64,000 nt of DNA from Acidobacteriota bacterium (GTDB lineage: Bacteria > Acidobacteriota > UBA6911 > RPQK01 > JAJDTT01): NCBI GenBank assembly GCA_965217775.1, contig CBDCJH010000001.1, positions 1-64,000 on the forward strand. Reading direction: 5' to 3'. The position numbers and the translations under genes are program-made. Below the pieces are notes generated by a model that was not told the origin of the DNA, ran no database searches, and worked only from the letters and a program-made list of their open reading frames with translations. Positions 57,421 to 64,000 of the stretch are shown here, one piece after another. How positions within the stretch are numbered: position 1 is the first letter of the stretch; each line of letters begins with the position of its first letter.

Positions 57421-59028
57421 TCACAGATACCCCACCAGGCTCAGCGTGGTGACGATCGCCAGCAGGGTGAAGAAGGATCCGGCCAGGAACATTCCGATGC
57501 GCATGGGCCAGCCGGGGCGAAGTTCCGGGGGCAGCAGGATGACGTTGACGGCCAGCGTGTGGAAACAGCTCACGCCCAAAGCGTAATTGAAGATGTTGGT
57601 GGCGAACTTCAAGAGTTCCAGCGGCGGCGCCAATGAGAGCATGATGAGTCCGAACCCGGCGTAGCCGGCCAGCACCTTGAAATAGACGATCCGGATCCGG
57701 CTGGGTTCCAGCTTCCGCAGGCGTGCGCTGGAGGTCCAGAACACGTCCACCCACCGGCGGATCACTCCGTCCGCCGACGTCGCCATGGTCGGAGCCAGGA
57801 CCAGAAAACCGCAGCACATGGTGAGGTACCAGAAGAGCACGCCGGCATCCAGGCCCCAGGCCGCCCCCACGTGATCCCGTACGCCGGAGGCCGTCATGCC
57901 GGCTGCGACCCAGCTGCTGGCTTCCGTACCCCGGGGCAGAAACTGCACCGAGAGCATGCTGGGCAGGGCCAGGCCCAGGAAGCAGGCCGGCATCCAGACG
58001 GCCAATTGGTCGCGGGCAACATGCCGGTACCAGCGGCGAAATCTGCCCAGGGAGCTGCGCGTCACCTCGAAGACCATCCCCACGTGGGACAGGCTCAGGT
58101 TGTGCCCTCCGATGACGCTGGGGATGGCTCCGACGTGACGCCCCATTCCCCAACCCTGATCCCTCGTGTAGTTGCTGATGGGAGCATTGGAGAGCCCCCC
58201 GCTGCCGGCGATGGCGGCGAATGCCGCCAAGAGGGAGATGGTGCTGAAATCGATCTCGGGCAGTGTACCCTTGTCCATCAGGGAGATGAAGATGTTCTCG
58301 GTCTCGGTTCCACCGACGGGAACCGACCCGAACTTGAGGAAGCCGCTGAAGATCTCGAACCAGGTGGAGAGGCTGGAGTGGAAGATTCCCAGGATTGAGA
58401 GAAACCCCAGGACGACCACGATCTTGAAGGTCATCACCGCCCGGAGCGAGTTGTAGATCTTGCCGCCGATCAGCAGCGGTATCAGGGCCGCCAGAAAAAT
58501 CACGTAGCCCAGGATCTTCAGGAGCCACCAGTGGGCATCGTTGTTGAGGGGGTCGGGAAGGACTCCTCCCAGCAGCACGGCGGCCAGAGGGGTGGCCGCA
58601 TTGGCCGCCAGATAGGGAAAGACGGCTCCAAAATCCAGGAAAATGTAGGCGATAAGCCAGAACCTGGGTCCGGGCAGAGTCCGGAACTTGCCGGTGAAGA
58701 TCGGTTCTCCCGTGTAGAGTGCGTACCGGCTGATCTCGATGTTGTAGAGAACCTGACTCATGATGCTCAGGGTGGCGAGCCACATGAGAGCGCCGCCGTA
58801 CTTGGCCGTTACGGCCGGTCCCATCAGCCATTCGCCGCCGCCGATGGCGCCTCCTCCCAGGAGCAGGCCGGGACCCAGCAAGCCGAACCAGTTTCGAGTC
58901 GTGAAGACAGGCGCCTTCACCAGCTCACCGGTCTGCCACCGCGGCATCTCCTTGGAACCGGGATGGGGCGCCTGAAAGCCACGGCTTCCCGAGCCAGGAG
59001 ATGAGTTTTCCGGTCTCGTGTCTTGCAT
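57421..59028 (-). CDS. Nramp-like (APC superfamily) transporter
   Basis: LGPGLLLGGGAIGGGEWLMGP, RYALYTGEP, about 11 TM segments; start uncertain. Confidence 0.8.
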   Translation of the reverse strand: MQDTRPENSSPGSGSRGFQAPHPGSKEMPRWQTGELVKAPVFTTRNWFGLLGPGLLLGGGAIGGGEWLMGPAVTAKYGGALMWLATLSIMSQVLYNIEISRYALYTGEPIFTGKFRTLPGPRFWLIAYIFLDFGAVFPYLAANAATPLAAVLLGGVLPDPLNNDAHWWLLKILGYVIFLAALIPLLIGGKIYNSLRAVMTFKIVVVLGFLSILGIFHSSLSTWFEIFSGFLKFGSVPVGGTETENIFISLMDKGTLPEIDFSTISLLAAFAAIAGSGGLSNAPISNYTRDQGWGMGRHVGAIPSVIGGHNLSLSHVGMVFEVTRSSLGRFRRWYRHVARDQLAVWMPACFLGLALPSMLSVQFLPRGTEASSWVAAGMTASGVRDHVGAAWGLDAGVLFWYLTMCCGFLVLAPTMATSADGVIRRWVDVFWTSSARLRKLEPSRIRIVYFKVLAGYAGFGLIMLSLAPPLELLKFATNIFNYALGVSCFHTLAVNVILLPPELRPGWPMRIGMFLAGSFFTLLAIVTTLSLVGYL

Positions 59029-59108
59029 TCCTGAAACCTTTCTGCTGGGGCTCCCGCTACGGGCCATTGAGGGCTGCTATGCTAGACTGCGCTCCGGAAC
59101 TCCGCAAC

Positions 59109-60626
59109 ATGCAGGTCCTTTCCAAACCGGTACCGGCGAGTCCGATGGGGGCAGTGATTCTCCTGCTGTTGACGCTGGCGAACCTTACGGCAGCGCCGAT
59201 CAAGGGCGTCGGCGAGCTCCCCGCGCAGGGCGAGATCCCGTCTCCGCCGGTGCCGGGACAGCCGGCGCGGGCGGATCTGGATCGAGCCATCACCCGGGGC
59301 ACCCGATCCTTCATCCGGGACTTCGTCGAGCCCTCCTACGCCGCCATCTCCAACGGCGGCTACGTCGACTACAAGAACGCCGACGGCGCCGTCAAACGCT
59401 ACGGACCCAAGGCCTACGTGGCCTACCAGCTCTACCTGCTGACCCATTTCCTCATGTACTATCAGGACTTCGGCGTCGATCCGCAGAGCGAGCTCTTCCG
59501 GAAGGTCAGAACTTGGTTCGTGGAGGAATTCGATCGCCGGACCGGGAACTGGCTCTGGTCCCACGAGGGCTGCCTCCACGCCAAGGGAATGATCGCTCTG
59601 GCCAATCTGGGCCGTTCCTCCCTGGTGCGGAAGGGGTACGAATGGGCGCTCAGGTCGCCGCTCTCCCTGCCCTATCTGCCCCCCAGTTCCCTGCCGGTCG
59701 CCGACCGGGTCTTCACCATCATGCAATCGGGCAACATCATCCAGACCCTGGGCAACGCCCGGAGTTCGCTCACCGGAAAGCACGGCTGGGAGCACGGCAG
59801 TCCGGTTCCCGACCTGGAGAACAGCGCCAAGCTCCTCTATGCCCTCTTGCAGGCCGGGTTCCCGTCCACGGACGCTCGCCTGACCGACCTCCGCCGGGGA
59901 CTGGCGAACCGGCTTCTGGCCCTGGGTCCCCGCCTGATCGCAGCGGACTACGTGGGACTGGCCTGGTACGTCTTCCTGACCCACGACTTCGACCTGGAAC
60001 CCGACCTGGCCTACCAGCGGTGTCTTCAGATTATGGAGGCGACCATCGACGGTGAATGGAAGTCGCATTTCGCCCTGATGGAATTTCCGGGCTTCCGCAG
60101 CCTCCTGGTGCGGGCGCTCATGACCGCCGGCAGGAGATCGCCTCAGGTGGATGCCGCCGTGAACGGGTACGTCGCGTCGCAAAGTGAAACTGGGGCCTGG
60201 CCGCTACCCCGCGCCCTCAGTCTATGGGGACTGGACAAGCCGCCGGTCGCCGGGATCAAACTGGGCACCATGGACGGCGCCAACACCTACCTGTTGACGC
60301 TGACGCTGATCCACTACCGGGACAGGATCTCCAGTGACAACTCCGCGTTCGCCGTCCCGTCCCTTTCCCTGAAACACCGTCTCGCGCCGGCCGCCGTACG
60401 AGACGACTCTCCAGGAGCGAAGGCGGTGGAGCGGGCCTGTACCGGTTGCCATGCCCGGCCTCACCCCGATGCCTATGGCCGCGAGGATTGGCCGGGCGTC
60501 ACCCGGAAAATGGAAGAGTACATGTTCGAGAAGGGGATGAACGTCGCTCCCCGGGATCTCACCCTGGTTCTCGACTACCTGATGGAGAAAGCTTCGTCCC
60601 GGTCGGGGACCAACGAGCCAAGGTGA
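59109..60626 (+). CDS. Exported helical-domain protein with C-terminal c-type cytochrome domain
   Basis: Signal-like segment; QSETGAW (QW-like motif); CTGCH followed by W....KM; start may be 59145. Confidence 0.65.
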   Translation: MQVLSKPVPASPMGAVILLLLTLANLTAAPIKGVGELPAQGEIPSPPVPGQPARADLDRAITRGTRSFIRDFVEPSYAAISNGGYVDYKNADGAVKRYGPKAYVAYQLYLLTHFLMYYQDFGVDPQSELFRKVRTWFVEEFDRRTGNWLWSHEGCLHAKGMIALANLGRSSLVRKGYEWALRSPLSLPYLPPSSLPVADRVFTIMQSGNIIQTLGNARSSLTGKHGWEHGSPVPDLENSAKLLYALLQAGFPSTDARLTDLRRGLANRLLALGPRLIAADYVGLAWYVFLTHDFDLEPDLAYQRCLQIMEATIDGEWKSHFALMEFPGFRSLLVRALMTAGRRSPQVDAAVNGYVASQSETGAWPLPRALSLWGLDKPPVAGIKLGTMDGANTYLLTLTLIHYRDRISSDNSAFAVPSLSLKHRLAPAAVRDDSPGAKAVERACTGCHARPHPDAYGREDWPGVTRKMEEYMFEKGMNVAPRDLTLVLDYLMEKASSRSGTNEPR

Positions 60627-60767
60627 AGCGACATCAGTAGCCTGCGCCCTGCTACAGTTTCGAAGCCGGATAATCTGAGATTCCACCGACGCACCGCAGA
60701 CGGACCGCTTTGGGCAGCGCCCCTCCCCCACTGCTGCGGGGCAAGAGGGGCGCCGTCCCGGTCTTCA

Positions 60768-62039
60768 TCATGACCGTCCCTGGACGCTCGTGGGCGCGCC
60801 CGGTCTCCCCGTAGGGACTCCGGCTCCGGCTTGCGAGCGTACGGGCCACCCGGAACGCGATTTTGTTGTTCCGGTTCGCGGTGGTGTTCCTGTTGCGGTT
60901 CGCGGAGCGCAGGTTCCTAGGGTTGTTGTTCCAGGAGCCGCCGCGCAAAACGCGCCGGGGGGACGGTCAGGCCTCCGGACGGGGCCGAAACGCACCGCCC
61001 GGAAGATCGCTTGGCGCAAGCGCCAGGTGTTCGCATGCTCGGCATGCGCGATCCAGGCGCGCACGTGCCGAGTCATCTGTTCCAGGTCCACCGTGCCCGC
61101 GTGCCAGCGGTCGCGCAGCCCCCGCAGGCGATTGCGGAACCGGCGCACGTTCGCTTCCGGCAATCGGCGGTAACCGCCCGGAAGTAGGACCAGGCCCAGG
61201 AACGGAGTCGGTTGAGCAGTTTCCAGCACCACCGTCTTGCGTGGGTGCAGCCGCAGGCGCCGGCCCTTGAGATACGTCGCGATTCGATTCCGCCAGTCCT
61301 CGAGCCGCCCGCGGTCGTCGTGAAACAGCGCGAAGTCGTCCACGTACCTGAGATATCCCTTCGCCCGCAGCACTTCCTTGCAGAAGTGGTCGAGACCGTT
61401 CAGATAGAGATTGGCGAAGAACTGGCTCGTCAGGTTGCCGATGGGCAAACCTCGCCGGCGTTCGAACGGGGTGAAGAGATTGTCGCCGGGATAGTAGAGG
61501 TTCACCGGTTCCTGCGGGTTGGACCCCTCGATGAGGCGTTCCGCTAACGCCAGGGTGCGCCGGCAGGCGATCCGCCGCCGCAGGTCCGCCTTGAGGATCT
61601 CGTGGTCGATGGCCGGGAAGTAGCGGTAGACGTCACAACGCAGCACCCAACGGTGCCGGTCGCGAAATCGTTCGTAGCGCGCGATGGCCCGGTGGGTTCC
61701 CTTGCCCTTCCGGTTGGCGTAGCTGTCGTGGATGAAGCCGCGTTCGAAGATGGGTTCCACCACGCGGCAGAAGGCATGGTGGACGACCCGGTCCCGAAAG
61801 GGCGCCGCCGAGACCATGCGGCGTTTGGGGTCCCGGATCTCGATCACGGTGTAGCGTCCGGGACGGTAGCGCCCGCTCCTCAGTTCCCGCTCCAGGCGCA
61901 GAACCTGAGGCTCCAGATTGGCCAGGAACGACGCCACGCCCGGCTTGGCCCGTTTGCCCTTACAGGCGATCCGGGCCGCCTCCAGCAGGGCCGAAAACGA
62001 GGCGATCCGGTCAAAGAGGTCACGCGCTTTCGCGGGCAT
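60768..62039 (-). CDS. DGR reverse transcriptase
   Basis: PKRRMVSAAPFRDRVVHH, SYANRKGKGTH, DVYRYFPAIDH, GLPIGNLTSQFFAN (DGR-type SQ motif), RYVDDF, FLG. Confidence 0.95.
   Translation of the reverse strand: MPAKARDLFDRIASFSALLEAARIACKGKRAKPGVASFLANLEPQVLRLERELRSGRYRPGRYTVIEIRDPKRRMVSAAPFRDRVVHHAFCRVVEPIFERGFIHDSYANRKGKGTHRAIARYERFRDRHRWVLRCDVYRYFPAIDHEILKADLRRRIACRRTLALAERLIEGSNPQEPVNLYYPGDNLFTPFERRRGLPIGNLTSQFFANLYLNGLDHFCKEVLRAKGYLRYVDDFALFHDDRGRLEDWRNRIATYLKGRRLRLHPRKTVVLETAQPTPFLGLVLLPGGYRRLPEANVRRFRNRLRGLRDRWHAGTVDLEQMTRHVRAWIAHAEHANTWRLRQAIFRAVRFGPVRRPDRPPGAFCAAAPGTTTLGTCAPRTATGTPPRTGTTKSRSGWPVRSQAGAGVPTGRPGAPTSVQGRS
60847..60959 (-). ncRNA. DGR template repeat (TR)
   Basis: AAC-rich 113-nt copy of VR; 18 of 21 TR/VR substitutions are at TR adenines. 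Confidence 0.93.
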
Positions 62040-62415
62040 GATGCGCTTTCCGCCAGCCGCCGACCAGACGGCCGGTCTCGTCGAGTTGTCGGGCCGCGTG
62101 TTCGTAACGGCGCGGGTCCAGGTAACGCAGCTCGCGGGCCAGACGGCATAGGCACCGGAGCTTCTCCAGACCCAGGTTGGCGGCGGCCAGGGCGGGACCG
62201 CGGTGCCGGGTGTAGGTCGCCTCGATCAGCCGCTCCAGAACGTCCAGAGCCGAGGTCTGGATCCGGTCCCCCAGCAGAAACTTCTGCCGGCGCGGAAAGC
62301 GCTCCACCGTCGGGATCAACCAGGCGAGGAATCGATAGTGCGACTCCAATGCGGGGCCAGTTTCACGCGAACGGTCGCCACTCCGGACACGCCGCCGCTG
62401 GGATTCATTCCTCAA
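62020..62415 (-). CDS. avd: DGR accessory variability determinant Avd
   Basis: WLIPTVERFPRRQKFLLGDRI, LEKLR.L.RLA, ETGRLVGGWRK; overlaps the RT start. Confidence 0.92.
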   Translation of the reverse strand: MRNESQRRRVRSGDRSRETGPALESHYRFLAWLIPTVERFPRRQKFLLGDRIQTSALDVLERLIEATYTRHRGPALAAANLGLEKLRCLCRLARELRYLDPRRYEHAARQLDETGRLVGGWRKAHHARESA

Positions 62416-62441
62416 ATTTGCCGATCAACCTCAAGAAAAAA

Positions 62442-62460
62442 CCAGGGCGTTGCCCCCTGG
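62442..62460 (-). other. Hairpin downstream of VR (DGR target-recognition hairpin and/or terminator)
   Basis: CCAGGG-GGCAACG-CCCTGG then TTTTTT, about 30 nt after the target stop. Confidence 0.6.
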
Positions 62461-62489
62461 CCCCCCGCAGGAGATAAAGATTTAAGGAT

Positions 62490-63759
62490 TCAAGGGGTAA
62501 CGGTCCGGGGCACCCGGAACGCGATTCCGAGGTCACCGAATTCACATGAGCCGGTTCGCGGAGGCGGACCCGCTGCGGTACGCGGAGCGCAGGAGCCCGG
62601 GGAAATTGCTCCGGGAGCCGCCGCGCAAAACGCGCCGGGAACATTTCCCGCTCTCCCACGCCGAGCCGTTTGTCGGCGCTCCTTGGTAATTCTCGTTCCA
62701 ACAATCCTGCACCCACTCATACACGTTCCCGTGCATGTCGTGCAGGCCCCAGCCGTTGGGACCGAACGATCCCACCGGCGCCGTCTGTGCCTTGTCCCAC
62801 TTACTCCCGCAGCCAACACAGTTGGCCCGGTTGCGACCGATCCCGTTCCCCCAACTGTAGACCGTCTCCGTCCCCGCCCGAGACGCACCCCATCCGGAAG
62901 CTCCCCCCGGGGATCACCACCATCTCCGGCCGAATCGGGTCCGCCTGGCTGCAGTCGTAAGTGCTGCTGCGGTCATAGGTGACCGACCTCTCGTTTTCTC
63001 CTCCCGGATCAAGGGTCCAAGTCCCGTCCCGTTTGTCCTCCACATACGACCCTTGTTCTACGATCTGCCCGTCATCGTTGCGCCTCACCCAGCGGCCGTG
63101 TTTCTTGCCTTCGACGTAGGAGATTTCCCATGTGTCGCCGTCCGCGTCTCGGCCGGTCAGTTGGCCGTGTCTTTTGCCGTCTACGTACGGCCTTTTCTCT
63201 ATGGATCCGTCTGGCCACCGAGCAGTCCAAAGGCCCTGCATATTGCCTTCCACGAAGGGTCCTTCTGTCTTGTTCCCGGACAGGTCACCGTCTGCTCCGG
63301 CAAGAGATATTCGTCCCACACGTGGCATCCCGGCTGGTTGGCCAGTTCCTTCCAACATTCGGAACCCTTCGCTTTGCCTGAGCAGGTCTGGACGGCATTG
63401 AACGTGTCCGCTTCGGCGGCGTTCAACAATTCCAGGGCTTCGATGTAGTGGTCCCCGTCGCGTCCAGCCATCTCCAAATAGCGCGTCACCATCTGGACCG
63501 CCCGGGCGGGACGGCCCGTCCGCTACGCCACTTGGGCACTTCGAAAATAGAATTCTTCCGGAAGCTTTAGACCCTGTTCCGTCTCTAACGTACTCATCTT
63601 GTCGAGCGCGGTTTGAGCACCAGCGAAGTCTTGCCGCTCGATCGCTTGCCGCGCGGAAAGTAGGTAGCGGTCCGCTTGGATCTCGGGTGGCAGCTGGGCG
63701 ACCGTCGCGGGAGCGCCCAAGAATACGAAAACGACAACGCTCCGGATTCTTTTTTCCAT
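62490..63759 (-). pseudogene. DGR target gene (signal peptide, TPR-like, MORN-like repeats, FGE-sulfatase/CLec domain), disrupted
   Basis: In-frame TAG 63523-63525; frameshifts near 63281 and 62878; EMVVIPGGSFRMG...PNGWGLHDMHGNVYEWVQD...RVLRGGS; 16-nt insertion in VR. Confidence 0.85.
62511..62639 (-). repeat. DGR variable repeat (VR)
   Basis: Aligns to TR 60847-60959 with A-specific changes and a 16-nt insertion. Confidence 0.92.
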
Positions 63760-63895
63760 TGATTCTCTCCCGGTCTTCAGTGCATGCAGGTGAGGTGTGA
63801 ATGCAGCCTATTCTAAAGGACCATCGGGCCATCTATCTTTTTGCTCCGCGGCAACCATTCTCCTGCTCCACTGATCGCTCTTCCCACCCTTCGCG

Positions 63896-64000
63896 TCACT
63901 TCACTAGGGCACCAAAAAGGTCCTCCAGATTTCGTGAGACGCCAAAGATGAATCGTAAGTCGTCAATCCCTTCGCCGTTGTTCAAATCAAATCCGAAGTG
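63896..64000 (-). CDS. 3' end of an unidentified ORF running off the window
   Basis: Open frame HFGFDLNNGEGIDDLRFIFGVSRNLEDLFGALVK*. Confidence 0.35.
   Translation of the reverse strand, partial: HFGFDLNNGEGIDDLRFIFGVSRNLEDLFGALVK

Noticed and set aside
60652-60948. 98-aa Asn-rich ORF (MRGGSWNNNPRNLRSANRNRN...)
   Set aside because: It is the DGR template repeat read in the VR frame, not an independent gene.
60768-62039. RT as group II intron, retron or CRISPR-associated RT
   Set aside because: The SQ motif, adjacent avd and A-biased TR/VR pair identify a DGR; there is no maturase/endonuclease domain or cas gene.
18641-63525. Three in-frame TAG stops (18641, 25769, 63523) as stop-codon reassignment
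   Set aside because: Intact genes here end in TAG (tnpB, sulfatase, bioD, moxR) and the three affected genes have other lesions, so this is pseudogenisation.

Overview
High-GC bacterial chromosome segment, probably Acidobacteriota and possibly host- or sponge-associated (inference from the acidobacterial VWA protein, many Tat-exported enzymes, ankyrin, FG-GAP and MORN/FGE proteins). Core genes: bamD, valS-nadC-birA-ftsY, thyA-folA, infA, bioF-bioD-bioA, tRNA-Cys and a MoxR/DUF58/BatABCDE operon. Two mobile systems stand out. (1) An intact tnpB fills a 1,244-bp element (22575-23818) bounded by 22-bp terminal inverted repeats and an exact 8-bp target-site duplication (ATGAGAAA). These are DDE-transposon (IS1595-like) ends, not the ends expected of IS200/IS605/IS607, and no transposase is present. 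(2) A diversity-generating retroelement (target-avd-RT-TR, minus strand, about 60700-63760) has an intact avd, RT and TR. Its TR lies inside the 3' end of the RT ORF, and its adjacent MORN/FGE target gene carries four inactivating lesions, which suggests action on remote targets. Also present: a 158-bp MITE in three copies (one rewrites a protein C-terminus), GTAG-type REPs, a decayed oriT-mobC/integrase element, two VapBC-type toxin-antitoxin modules and an IF1 with an Arg-rich N-terminal extension. All calls come from reading motifs by eye; no database searches were run.
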